Source: a virus
Strand: one strand, 5' to 3'
DNA length: 64,000 nucleotides
IMG/VR virus record: IMGVR_UViG_3300034095_001343
Span: 50,930-114,929 of that record
Shown: piece after piece, positions 12,001-21,442 of the stretch
Layout: each line of letters opens with the position of its first letter
Position numbering within the stretch: position 1 is the first letter of the stretch
The notes under the pieces: model-generated
Database searches by the model: none
What the model saw: only the letters and a program-made list of their open reading frames with translations
Told to the model about the DNA's origin: nothing
Position numbers and translations under genes: made by a program

Positions 12001-15000
12001 GTACTTCATATTTGAACTGATCATTTTGAATAAGTGAAATAGAACCCTTAAGATCTTCAAAGATTCTTTCTCTATTCTCAGGAGTAACTCTTACCAAACC
12101 TCTACCAATAATTCTCTTTGGTACATTCTTATCTCCATCTTTAGTTTTTACAATAGCATCACGGACAACACCTGTAGATGTAAAACCAATAAACTGTTCT
12201 GCAGCTTTTTTATCATATACAAGAGAAGTCTGATCTCCTTTTTCAATTCTCGCTAACTTGATATCAGAAGTTTGAATTGTAACAATACCTTGACGGCTTT
12301 CTTTCTTCTGACCTAGTGGACTTAAAAGAACACCTGTTTTATGGAAGTTGAAAGCTCTAGCTTTATTTACACTATCACTTGCTACATTGATAGGAATGAT
12401 TTCTTCAGTTCCTGTCTCTGCATTTGGAATTGCGAGTGCGTTATATCCAACATGTAACTCTTGAGTTGCAGTTTCAGGATTAGATTCTCTTTGTATTCTT
12501 GCAAATTCTACAGCAACATTATTCAATATAGCATCAAGAGCTTCTTCTGTTAAAATAGTTTTCCCCCCTTTTTTATCTACAGCTTTAAATACAGGAAGAG
12601 TAATCATGTCACCAGTATTTGATGCTTCAAGTACACGTAAAAGTACTGGAGCTAATGTAGCAACCTCTATAGTTCCATCTTCTTTTGTCCAGGAAACAGT
12701 ATTAACTTTTCCAGTCAAAGGATCTACAGCATATGTGTAAGAGTTAATCAAGTTAAGAATAAACTCTCTTGGAGTTGAATCACCATAGGTTGTGCCTGAT
12801 GACGGAGTTCTACCTGAAGTTTCAGACATCAAACCATTTTCATCTACATCTATATTTCCTGTTTTTGAACCGGCAATTCTTAGAATTCTTAATCTACCTT
12901 CTGCAGAAAGCTGTTTAAAAGCCTCACTGTTTAATAAAAAGTTATTTATAAGATACTCATCTGAATTCTTAAGTTCTTCAATCTTAGAACCTTCACCGGC
13001 AACATCATTCAATGCAGCTATTTGTTTCAGGTGAAATGAAGGTAATTGGTGAGCATATACCAAGTCTCCATTTGGATTCTTAAATACAGATGCTCCAACA
13101 TTCTCATCAAAAGCAGCATTACCTAATGCAATTCTTCTAAGTCTGTTTCTTGCACCATCATCTGTATCACTGAATAGATCTTGATTACCTTCTACAATCT
13201 TTTTAATTTCTACAATATCTTGATAGTTCAAAGCTTTCTCATCTGCATTAGCATTCAATAAAGCTTTTTGATATCTTGTAGGTCTTTCAATATTTTTAGC
13301 AACACTAAATTCAATAAACTTAGGACTCAAGCTGATACCTAAATTCTCTTCAAGAACTTTTGCTGTTTGTTTAGCAAACTCTGCAAGCTTAGTATCAGTT
13401 AATGTCTTAAGACTTTTTTGTGTTATAGAATCACCAGCAACAAACTGAAGTCTGTTTAAAAGCTTATCTAAAGTATTTGCTACTACTTTTCTAGTTCCTT
13501 CATCTGTACGTAGTTTCTTAGACTTTTGCACATAGGCTTGACCCCATCTATCTACTTGAGTATGAGCGTCATCTCTATTAGCTGCAGTATAAGTGTACAC
13601 TTGGTCACCACTACTTCTATGTATAAAGAGGTAGTCAACCTTAGCATTCTCAAAACCTTTTAATACTGCTTGAAGAAGTAAAGGTCTTTTGATACCTTGA
13701 TTTAATTCTTCAACAGTTATTTCAGCACCAGCTTTAAACTTCTCAATTACTTCTGCTGTATACTGAGGAAGTTCTCCGTTTTCAAGTTGATCTTCCCAAG
13801 TAATACCTAAGTCATTGAATAATTTATTTACTACTGCTTCTGTCTGAGGATTGTTAATTCCAAAGAAGTAAAGCTGTTGTAAAATTTGAATAGGATCATT
13901 CAAGTTTTTAACGGCCTTTAAGAAACCATTGTATGCTGTAGCAAAATCTACAGTAATCATTAACTTCTCTCCAGTCCCCGGTACAATCTCTCCATTCTCA
14001 TCTCTTTCAGGAGCAATCAAGTAATCATTACCAAACTGATCCTTTTCTGAGATAGGAGTTGTCCCAATATATTTTCTCAAGAAAGAAGACAAAGAAGAGA
14101 ATCCACCAATGCTGGTTACATCTTTATCATACTGATCTGTAGTTCTAAGTCTATCTCCTACTTGATCATCTGTATCTTCAAGATCTTCTTCAATCTTTCT
14201 TGATTTAATTTCATAATATTTTAACTGATCATAAACAGCTTCTTTGATGAAGTCTGAGAACTCAGAAAAAGATTTTTCAATATCTCTAAGATTTCTCTTT
14301 TGCTCAGGAGTAAGCTCCATATTACGGTAAGCTTCTCTCTTAGTACTGTAAAGAGCTTTGAATCTATTGAAAGAATCATTAACCGCTTTCTTTACATTGA
14401 AATTAGAATCTTTATTTTCTTGCTCAAGCATAATAACTCTTGCAGAAATAGAAGACACTACACTTCTTGCAAAGTCATTATCTAAAGTTCTGTAACCAAA
14501 AGCACCTGTTTCACTTTCAATCATCTCTACAGGAATAATCTTATTGGCATTTAAAGTAATACCTGTTGCAAGACTATCTGTAAATCTGTTATTGATTGGA
14601 GATGCTGATTTAAATTTACCAGAATCAATATCTTTAAACAGTTGTTGTAGTTCATTACGAGTATATCTGTTAAACAAAGATTTAATCCATTCAATAAGTA
14701 TAGTAAAGTAGTTTTTAATTGCCGGATTAGCTTTTGTAGATCTAGGATCCTTCTTGAACTTTTCAAACTCATCAGCCATGTATTCTTCATAGAACTCTTT
14801 CTCAAGAGCTTTTCTGCTCATTGCTTTATATAAGTCCGCAGAGTTTCTAAACTTACCAAGCTCTTCTTCAAACTTATCACCAAGCTTTCTTTTTACTTCT
14901 GCTTCAGCAATCTTGTAAAGTTTATCCTGTCGTGCATTAGAAAGTAAAGATCTAAATACACCATGGAATGCTTCGTGATATTTGTATGGGGATTTTACAC

Positions 15001-18000
15001 CAGTATACAATGTACCTTTTACAGTCATTCCACCAGCAATTTGATTCATTGACAAAACAAAGGCACCTACACGTACACCATTAGTTACAAGGTTATCTCT
15101 AAGATTAGAAATATCCTCAATACTAATAAAGTCCGGTAAATTATCATTAGCCCAAATTACAAACTCATCAATATCAGCCACTTCTTGCTCACTAAGTTTG
15201 TCACTTACAATCTTGTTAGCAAGTAGCTTTCTTTGTATCTCTCTGTTGCGGGCAATTAACTTTTGTCTTTCTGGATTGTCTTCCATGAGTTCACTTGCCT
15301 TAACTATGTCCTTCGGGTTAGCAGTATCAATCTCTGTTTCAATCTCTTTAATTCTTGCTAAGTTCTGTTGCAACTCTTTCTTGAGAGACTGTGTGTCAGA
15401 ATCAACATTGTTATTTCTTTGAATCTTGCCAGCAAGTAATTGAATCACAGGTCCAGAGACAGCATTCTTTACCATTCTTTCCTCACGCGGAGAAAGCTTT
15501 TCACCTTTTGCAATCTTATTTGCAACTTGCTGTTTCATCTCAAGAGGTAACTCTTTGAAATCTGCTTTTGCAAATTCTTCAAATACCTCATCAGACATAT
15601 CAAGAACACTATCATAAGCTTCCTCAGAAGTTTCTAAGTCAGCTACAGGATCTTCAACTACTTCAACTTCTTGTTGTGCAGCTGTTGTTGCAGCAAACAA
15701 TAAAGCTTCTTGGATAGTATTTGAATCTGCAGTTAATCTGAGCTTATAATTAGTTCTTACATTTTCATTAAGAGTTGTTACAGTGTTATCAAGAACTGTA
15801 TCAATGCTTGCATCTTCAGCAAAACTTGCTCTTACATTATAAATTGCAGAATTTTCTTTACTAAAAAGTTTTAACTCAGTCCATTCAGGAATTTCTACAG
15901 AAGAATCTTTTTTCTTCTTTGCTTTAAATTCCTCAGCAGCTTTATCAATACCTTTCTTTTGAAGATTATCTAAAAGTCTTTCAATGATATCTGGTTTCTC
16001 AGCACCTTGATAATCAAGAGTACCTTGTCTACCTTCAGCCAAATATGAACTACCTACAACAGATTTACGTTTCTTATCATAAAGTTCTGCTCTAAATGTA
16101 CCATCAGCGTTAACATTAATTTCAACTGTGTATCCTTCAATATTAGTTGTAATGTAAAGTTTCTTGTTAAAGGCCTGATTAAACTCTACGTTAAAGTTTG
16201 AGTCTTTAATTTTCTTTGTTTCTACAGAACCTTCACCGACTAAGTTTTCATTAATAGTTCTAACACCCTCTTCAACAAGTTCACGGCTTAAAGTAAAAAT
16301 TTCTTCTTTTTCAAGTTGTCTACTTTTTAAAGGGGCACCTGTATAAATACCATTTGGTGTTTTAATTAAAGCAACATATCTCTGTGCTTTTTGTAGGGTT
16401 TCAAATAAACTTGGTTGTGATACAGCCAAATCTTGTTTAAGCTTTTCTATGAAAGCTTCTCTATCATCAATATCTTCAATGTCAGTTAAGATACGTGTTG
16501 ATATAGTGCCATCTTTAAGTTTGTCATTAATCATAACAACTTTAACACCATCAACTGTATTATGCTTAAGTTCTTTTACTGACTTTGGATTAGTTTTTAA
16601 ATCAACACTTGATCCAAGATTAAAACCAAATTCTGCAAAATCACTCATAGGAATAACAGCAGCATCTTTACCTTCCATTTTATCAGCAACCTGATCAACA
16701 AAAGCTTGTTGAATTGCAAAGTTGTTTAGAATAGTATTCACAGCATTAGCCTGCTGTAATGGGTAGATTGTAAAGGTATTCTCAATGATCTCCTTAGTAA
16801 GATTAACAGGATTTACAACCTGATCTTTTTCATTTAAGAATTGTATAGAACCGGTTCTTACAAAAGCAAATATACCATCAGGATGAGAACTAACAGGCAT
16901 CCCTTTTTCAGAAATGATTTGATTAATTCTTGCTGAAGTTTGTTGATTACCAAAAGCAATACCTACAGCAAATGGTTCAGCAACTCTATTGATATAAGGG
17001 TTTGCTTCTTTGAAGTTACCTTCTTTATCTTTTGTTTGATATTTCTTTCCTGTAGTTTTACCACCAGCAGGATTTCTAGTAATAACTAAAGTAAGAGTTG
17101 CCTTTTCTTCTGGAGTTAAATTATCCAGAATAGTCTGAAGTCTGGCATTAGCCATCATGATTCCTTCAGCAGCAGCTGTTCCCATACCATTTTCTAATGC
17201 ATAAACAGCAACAGCTTCATCAACTAAAAGTCTTGAAGCATCTTCAGGAACTTTATTAAAGTTAAATCCTTCTACATTGTACTCTGACTTAAACTCAGGC
17301 TCTGTAACTTTTTTAGACAGCTTATGTCTATCTTGTTTAGATTGACCAGGTTTAATAGAATCAACAGGCAACAAGAATAGCTTCTTGCCTTTTTCTACTT
17401 CTGCCGGAGTACCAATTACCATGTAACGGTTACCTTCTGCATCTGTTACAGTAGATCCATATGATACTTCCTTACCACCAAAAGTGAAAGTTGTTGTATC
17501 AACTGATACATCATCTAATTTCTTAGCGGCAGATCTAGCTTTATTTATATTGTCAAAGGTTGCACCTACAGGTACACCAGCTGCAGAAGTCATATCTTCT
17601 GTAAGTAGTTTACCTTTCTTGTCTCTAACTGAATACAATGTTACAGGTACAGGCATTCCTGTATCTGGATCAACTGTTGAAGTTTTAGTCTCAACAATTT
17701 GTACACTGTTGAAAGTATTATCTACAACTTTACCTACAGCCTTAACGTCTCCAATATCTGCATCTTCAACATCACCAGCTTCAAAGTCTTGTTCAATATC
17801 AATGAAGTCAGAGAAGTTTGTTTCAGTACTACGGAGCACCTTTCTAACAAGGTCATTAGTCTGTTGCTTTTCTAACCATTTATCAAAGCCGTTATCAGCA
17901 TTGAACTTAGCAAGGATTGCTTCAGGTTTATCTTTTGACTTTTGTAAATCTTTGAACCATAATTTTTTCAATGCATCATATGCTGTAATATATTTTGCAG

Positions 18001-21000
18001 CCTCAGCACTATTCACCCAACTGTCCATTGCAATAGGAGCTTTTCCTAAATTAACTTGACGGTTGGCATACTCTTTATATTTTTCTTCAAGCACTTGCTT
18101 GATCATTGGATTATCTGTTTCCTTACCTCCAAAGATTTCCACATCGGGAGTATCCTCAGCTAAGTCAGCTTCTTCCAATATCTCAGCAGTATCTTTCTTT
18201 CTAGTTTGCTTTTCTTTAGAATCAATCTTTTCTTCAGAAGTTTGCTCTGTTACTTGAGGAGTAACTGCAGCTTTATAAATACCAATTAAAGCTTGAATTT
18301 GATTATAGATATCTTTATCAGAGATTTGATTTACTGCACCTTTTTCAGTAAAAAAATCTTGAAGCACATCAATATTACCATTTTCCATAAACTCTTTAAC
18401 CTGTTTTGGATCTGGATAAACTTCAATTTTTGCTAACTCATTTAAAAACTGATTGATTTCAATTTTACCTATATACTTTTTAATTGAGTTTCTAAATACT
18501 TCTATCCTATTTTTGTAAATATTTTTAAAGAAATCATAAGTTCTTTGTGTAATTTCATTAAATCTTTCAGGATTATTCATGTACTCAATAGACTTATTAT
18601 AAGCAATTGCTCTACCTTTTAATTCACGGTAGTCTACAATTTTCTTAAGAGCTTCTCCAACTTTATCTGAATCGGCAAATGTATCATTTGACTTAGCAAG
18701 TTTTTGCACATACTTTTCAAAAGCTGATGTTAGTTTATCAACCTTACGTCTATCAAAGCCACCATCCTTGGTGAGATTCTCTTCTGCATATAACACAGAT
18801 AAGATTCCACTCAGACCTTCAAGCTTTGCAGTCTTAGCTTCAATTATATCTTTAGCTTCTTTAGGATCTAATGTTGCAATTTCACTAACTAAAGTTGCAA
18901 TTTCTTTTTGCAATGAATTTTCATCAAGCAATACGGTAATATCACTTGCTGCCATTTTACCTACAATAGGATCAGCTGCTAATTCATCATATATTGACTG
19001 TGATCTTTCTAAAGCTCTCTTAAAACCATCTTCTGTAAACATGTAAAGATATCTTGCATGTTCAAAAGACATCTGTTTAATCTTTTCTTCATTCCATTCT
19101 CTTGATCCATATTTATAAATATTTGGATCAAATGGATTATTAAACTTAGATTTATTAGTATAATATGATTCTTCAAGTTGATCAACTTTAGTAATCATAT
19201 CTTGCAATCTAGTTCTAATTTTACCTGATTTAATGTCAGCTTTAAATGATGGAAAAGCTTCTATTAATTCAACATCTGTAAGTTTTAAATAATCTTCAAA
19301 CTGCTGTCTAAACTCACCACTTTTGTTATTATTAAGAACTGTATAAATTGCTTGAAACTTAGAAAAGTCTTTAGCATCAACAAAGTCAAAATTTGATTGG
19401 TCAAATGCAGCTTGCAGCATATCTATACTAGCCTGACTTTGTGTTATATGATTTACCTTATTTGTATCAAATATTGATTCCATTGGGTTATTCGCAGTAA
19501 CCTCATAGACATCATTAAGTGAATCAACAAGACCTTTTATAAGTTTTTCTTTGTTTTCCTTGTACTCAACAAGATTAGCTTTTTGTTTTTCTGTACCAAA
19601 ACCTAGTGCGCCATAATTATAAATTGATGGGACACCTTGAAAAAAAAGTTTTTGAGGACCTTGAGCAATACCACCCATTAAGAAACCTGACATAAATGTT
19701 TCAAATCCTTGAGCACTAAATTGAGATCCAACAGCTGATGCAATTGAAGCAGACATTAAGTCATGACCACCTGCAGTAGGATGTTCAATCAATGTCTGAT
19801 GGTAATGTTTAGTTCCTTCAGCAATCGCTTCCTGTGTAATTTCTTGAAGACCTTCAGATAGGTTTGCTGCAAAATATCTCAATGAAGCTTGTCCAGCTAA
19901 CTTTGCACTTCCTTTTATACCAGCTGCTTTTAAAGTTTTTAAATAACCTTTTACACCATCTCCAACATATTCAAAAGGTCTTGTTACAACTTTACCTGCA
20001 GCATCTCTTAAACCTTTTGTTTTTAAAATTCTACCTCCAATACCTTGAATGTTATCTCCAAGCATTCTAGATAAGGTTCTATTATATGCGCCAAATGCAT
20101 TACCTAAAACAAGTTGGTTAGATAGATAAATAGTGGGAGCATTTAATAGGGTTGTATAATATGCAGCTCTTGAAGCTTTTTCTTCAATGTTCTGCATTTG
20201 GTCCGTTGTAATTGGTGAACCATTATTAAGTTGACTCTGTAAAGCATATCCGTTAGCTAATTGTTGAGAGTAAACCGTACCTCCTTCCATCTTAGATTCA
20301 GCAAGTGCTAAGTTTAAAGATCTTACGTCTCTATAAAAACCACCAAATGTCTTAGAAACCTTTGCCATATTAGAAAGGTTTTGTGCTCCATTTGCTGTGC
20401 TGTTTAAAGTTTTAATTGCTTGTACTGTTTCTGGAGCAATAATGTTTCCTAAAAAATTACCACCAGCTTTAACTGTATTATATAAATCCTTTGCACCATC
20501 TACAGAACGCAAACCTCTGTACATATTTCTAGTGGCATTTGCTAATCTAGATAAATCAAATGTATTTAGAATTGTTTTTCCAAGTTTTGCAATATTAAAA
20601 GCCGTTCTTTCTGCAGCAACAACATCAGATACAGGGTTTAAAAAACCTTGTGCGGCAGCAGCACCCCAAAGAGCAAGTTCTTCTGCAGCAATAGATCCAA
20701 TTACACCAGCCGTGTAACCAAACTGAAGTGCCAAGTTATTAGTAAAACCACTTACACCGCCTCTTGTAGAATTACCAATTCTCATTGCATCTGCAAACTC
20801 GCTTGCAGATTCCAAATCTTTCCCTGTAAAATAATCATCACTATCAAATAAATCACCAATAGATCTATATGCAGATAAAAACCCTGTACCTGCAAGATTA
20901 GCAAACTGAACTCTCATTCTACTTGCATCATCCCACCAAGTAGAATTAGCATTGTAGTATTCTTCATTATCAGCATAAGGATGCCATCCTAATTTAGAAA

Positions 21001-21433
21001 ACTCAGGATGCTTATAATATCTATCAAAGTTGTGTGATCTAATACCGGCATAAATCGGATTAGCAATCTTAACTTCTCCAGTGGGTTTTGTAAACTTACC
21101 TGTATTAGAAAGTAATTGAAGTTTACCTTCGGGTGTAGATAAATCTAAACCAACGCTTTGTCTATAAGGATTATAGGTACTAGTTGATAGGGTTGGATTA
21201 GGATCATTCATGTTACCAATAGGTGTTGGTATTGCACTATTGATCTTTTTAGCATGAATATCCAACATAGCCTTGTACTCAGGACTCATCAACTCACTAT
21301 ATTCAGGTAAGTCTGGAGATACTGTAAAATCACTAATAGGTTGAAATTCAAACTTACCACTTGAAGGAACCATTGGATTCAATGTTGGTAATGCACCTTC
21401 CTGTTGAAGCTGTTGATTAATATTATCTGCCAT
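6014..21433 (-). CDS. Virion-packaged RNA polymerase polyprotein (5139 aa) with zincin protease-like domain
   Basis: VRIPSQ and SGADFDIDK (two-barrel RNAP DxDxD, the DFDID variant known from crAss-like vRNAP such as phi14:2 gp66) near 9770-9900. KYHEAFHGVF HExxH near 14960. Gly/Ala-rich hydrophobic N-terminal region. Confidence 0.9.
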   Translation of the reverse strand: MADNINQQLQQEGALPTLNPMVPSSGKFEFQPISDFTVSPDLPEYSELMSPEYKAMLDIHAKKINSAIPTPIGNMNDPNPTLSTSTYNPYRQSVGLDLSTPEGKLQLLSNTGKFTKPTGEVKIANPIYAGIRSHNFDRYYKHPEFSKLGWHPYADNEEYYNANSTWWDDASRMRVQFANLAGTGFLSAYRSIGDLFDSDDYFTGKDLESASEFADAMRIGNSTRGGVSGFTNNLALQFGYTAGVIGSIAAEELALWGAAAAQGFLNPVSDVVAAERTAFNIAKLGKTILNTFDLSRLANATRNMYRGLRSVDGAKDLYNTVKAGGNFLGNIIAPETVQAIKTLNSTANGAQNLSNMAKVSKTFGGFYRDVRSLNLALAESKMEGGTVYSQQLANGYALQSQLNNGSPITTDQMQNIEEKASRAAYYTTLLNAPTIYLSNQLVLGNAFGAYNRTLSRMLGDNIQGIGGRILKTKGLRDAAGKVVTRPFEYVGDGVKGYLKTLKAAGIKGSAKLAGQASLRYFAANLSEGLQEITQEAIAEGTKHYHQTLIEHPTAGGHDLMSASIASAVGSQFSAQGFETFMSGFLMGGIAQGPQKLFFQGVPSIYNYGALGFGTEKQKANLVEYKENKEKLIKGLVDSLNDVYEVTANNPMESIFDTNKVNHITQSQASIDMLQAAFDQSNFDFVDAKDFSKFQAIYTVLNNNKSGEFRQQFEDYLKLTDVELIEAFPSFKADIKSGKIRTRLQDMITKVDQLEESYYTNKSKFNNPFDPNIYKYGSREWNEEKIKQMSFEHARYLYMFTEDGFKRALERSQSIYDELAADPIVGKMAASDITVLLDENSLQKEIATLVSEIATLDPKEAKDIIEAKTAKLEGLSGILSVLYAEENLTKDGGFDRRKVDKLTSAFEKYVQKLAKSNDTFADSDKVGEALKKIVDYRELKGRAIAYNKSIEYMNNPERFNEITQRTYDFFKNIYKNRIEVFRNSIKKYIGKIEINQFLNELAKIEVYPDPKQVKEFMENGNIDVLQDFFTEKGAVNQISDKDIYNQIQALIGIYKAAVTPQVTEQTSEEKIDSKEKQTRKKDTAEILEEADLAEDTPDVEIFGGKETDNPMIKQVLEEKYKEYANRQVNLGKAPIAMDSWVNSAEAAKYITAYDALKKLWFKDLQKSKDKPEAILAKFNADNGFDKWLEKQQTNDLVRKVLRSTETNFSDFIDIEQDFEAGDVEDADIGDVKAVGKVVDNTFNSVQIVETKTSTVDPDTGMPVPVTLYSVRDKKGKLLTEDMTSAAGVPVGATFDNINKARSAAKKLDDVSVDTTTFTFGGKEVSYGSTVTDAEGNRYMVIGTPAEVEKGKKLFLLPVDSIKPGQSKQDRHKLSKKVTEPEFKSEYNVEGFNFNKVPEDASRLLVDEAVAVYALENGMGTAAAEGIMMANARLQTILDNLTPEEKATLTLVITRNPAGGKTTGKKYQTKDKEGNFKEANPYINRVAEPFAVGIAFGNQQTSARINQIISEKGMPVSSHPDGIFAFVRTGSIQFLNEKDQVVNPVNLTKEIIENTFTIYPLQQANAVNTILNNFAIQQAFVDQVADKMEGKDAAVIPMSDFAEFGFNLGSSVDLKTNPKSVKELKHNTVDGVKVVMINDKLKDGTISTRILTDIEDIDDREAFIEKLKQDLAVSQPSLFETLQKAQRYVALIKTPNGIYTGAPLKSRQLEKEEIFTLSRELVEEGVRTINENLVGEGSVETKKIKDSNFNVEFNQAFNKKLYITTNIEGYTVEINVNADGTFRAELYDKKRKSVVGSSYLAEGRQGTLDYQGAEKPDIIERLLDNLQKKGIDKAAEEFKAKKKKDSSVEIPEWTELKLFSKENSAIYNVRASFAEDASIDTVLDNTVTTLNENVRTNYKLRLTADSNTIQEALLFAATTAAQQEVEVVEDPVADLETSEEAYDSVLDMSDEVFEEFAKADFKELPLEMKQQVANKIAKGEKLSPREERMVKNAVSGPVIQLLAGKIQRNNNVDSDTQSLKKELQQNLARIKEIETEIDTANPKDIVKASELMEDNPERQKLIARNREIQRKLLANKIVSDKLSEQEVADIDEFVIWANDNLPDFISIEDISNLRDNLVTNGVRVGAFVLSMNQIAGGMTVKGTLYTGVKSPYKYHEAFHGVFRSLLSNARQDKLYKIAEAEVKRKLGDKFEEELGKFRNSADLYKAMSRKALEKEFYEEYMADEFEKFKKDPRSTKANPAIKNYFTILIEWIKSLFNRYTRNELQQLFKDIDSGKFKSASPINNRFTDSLATGITLNANKIIPVEMIESETGAFGYRTLDNDFARSVVSSISARVIMLEQENKDSNFNVKKAVNDSFNRFKALYSTKREAYRNMELTPEQKRNLRDIEKSFSEFSDFIKEAVYDQLKYYEIKSRKIEEDLEDTDDQVGDRLRTTDQYDKDVTSIGGFSSLSSFLRKYIGTTPISEKDQFGNDYLIAPERDENGEIVPGTGEKLMITVDFATAYNGFLKAVKNLNDPIQILQQLYFFGINNPQTEAVVNKLFNDLGITWEDQLENGELPQYTAEVIEKFKAGAEITVEELNQGIKRPLLLQAVLKGFENAKVDYLFIHRSSGDQVYTYTAANRDDAHTQVDRWGQAYVQKSKKLRTDEGTRKVVANTLDKLLNRLQFVAGDSITQKSLKTLTDTKLAEFAKQTAKVLEENLGISLSPKFIEFSVAKNIERPTRYQKALLNANADEKALNYQDIVEIKKIVEGNQDLFSDTDDGARNRLRRIALGNAAFDENVGASVFKNPNGDLVYAHQLPSFHLKQIAALNDVAGEGSKIEELKNSDEYLINNFLLNSEAFKQLSAEGRLRILRIAGSKTGNIDVDENGLMSETSGRTPSSGTTYGDSTPREFILNLINSYTYAVDPLTGKVNTVSWTKEDGTIEVATLAPVLLRVLEASNTGDMITLPVFKAVDKKGGKTILTEEALDAILNNVAVEFARIQRESNPETATQELHVGYNALAIPNAETGTEEIIPINVASDSVNKARAFNFHKTGVLLSPLGQKKESRQGIVTIQTSDIKLARIEKGDQTSLVYDKKAAEQFIGFTSTGVVRDAIVKTKDGDKNVPKRIIGRGLVRVTPENRERIFEDLKGSISLIQNDQFKYEVRIGTKKFYVESSNEQNFLQGKKPMYMYDLMEAGEANLMEQVAGLVGGFEVEGYVNKLTEAARSPEFAGLTFAEAIQKLGIKESELKAFLQNRMDQEFAEFNITLDELVGSKTNKKVVDSQGGLGTFLTNGIQTAGGAVTGDAQKSARLLNIIPEDTEYNLKQIFFNDYINTTAINQILLGDSAYSLKDAVDEIKRAKAQSASYYSAASTVAAPEYGIFKPLQEISLFELTEPIVNATYNVGEVKNADAQLWMTTKAFRNFQYGFGKLTPAQAELFDRIERGEDISAEDIFGTEESTGYAKRQEMLNSQKLVYADGKTFVKMSAFPLLPQFTSLKDSEGNYTIPKPNKLALHNLRVKLEAFEKENDTVSVAAPRSALKMMQKNVSNIHGVTGTTTPLGQDQSVTLDANYLGLQVINPSNKTVITDPTQVKTLVTSEQNDSTEVIINGEKLTLGEVRAAYHKATRDRGNLNYINKRNLVFSFDVDYAMDELQKSIKENAITADLYTYLRYAEASLASTGSSSHLMELFSLDESGNQKYNLNNPLTYDKFLNLFMSYFSKSVFNEKVPGATVSLVSDYGIRVYRRVLSVDENGMPDKHEIITEAQYEAMASKPDILFNIDEGSYPGNDENIAGLKDAVKKSKGAGVVIIDRLRHNMKEYDSKGKATGQKYGEMLLPPHHKEVMKELQLKGKSIPDVVGKMFAVRIPSQDNHSTYNVKWIDFMPAAYGSSGVFARELIEISGADFDIDKVYMQFKEFYEKNGEFFEYGKAKTEDNKYLDYVRYVNEKVKDSDSIYGEALYKYNGRGTGKNISITNSDLLTAQSRGLKEDSINALLVLGMPVTLAQYKTYKKKFGHEPYAAAINNDILDYKVALMGNDHVTERKPLFLDKNGKTTTVNTGKPALDKNGKQRTAVAISYEAADIEVLKDLWDELKTELPEWAALSEEEGIDVDNLYGKLRMFANNKEGSRSIGAVVLPNLYLNLLQEYDVKIASTKVGGEEVLPQIEFGGVTFSNFRNTFELNEDGSQGQRTQYILSALITAATDNAKERLLAKLGLNINALSIVANLIALGVPVKTSVLLVNHPVIRQAYFMEANASADKKVYARSIVEERIIALQTAFLEKKEEKIRTSVTQNSLMEAIDTPLIKATATKADMAELRENGEITKMQVIEEISILEQFLNAASLSNTTKYMGDIINLTNGLGQGLEAIDKRNEATEKLGLNLSDKEFLALGVNRPMIDARPIFKGETWQAGYLERFQEFTNFLLPKVVLSASPLFRRVTDEVVYQSTVNNLPYELRDKTKTKIARDFLSYLTIKAYMHNGLVNNAQSVATLTNGLIYNQDGVENITAVLDRLRATEEGANNYFLKSFIITEKANLKGNKTGLNLAGANTFLRYNDSQKLDIQNGFMTLYANPLTRSDAKTLVHYMMVKDGLQYGYKSIVESVAPIALDGYLSHIDTVQAAIERPNDTVFQSTFGMQLDDLVIDFMQGYLTSAPNAYVIKKVRAAIYAPETKGITIEPKVFTKALATSNPEAIYVFGDNVAKQGSVGNSSVRGLDNAFGLFFKKDMNRIESSYYTNAEAGDFITIFDEQVEQLTNMIAERKQVIFAKDLISAPELADFKKNSPVVFEYVKAKLLQDLQYNIDPKAKKSAEEKKAAKVADPAILRAPVHVNASGLVRRLVVDLYAGISRLDKTNNVSSVRNTPPVSKLTKQLADTFDKNKEELIKAGFKNINLKKGSDYHTEVEFPMVVRQNVGSEYKAEYRYYVLAKTQSLFPAENLINFNNKAVGSYAEYVEVDIKGSTAQNPIGFMFGERPTTKKLRSFVNSVNSSDPLDAAFDSIDIDSVLDNIDLEKGVKISAGSSVVATEKGIQVNGENISKVSESAESIENQDLVEPEVDETGGEDLIDLSGAIDISANSFFNNLLADNDAGENKYPELSTWWDSNIDDPFSQAALDNRNKLKAHRDNPDMKFKVQDLEDFIELFENSEFTNEQEFLDHFNNCYL

Positions 21434-21442
21434 TATACAATA

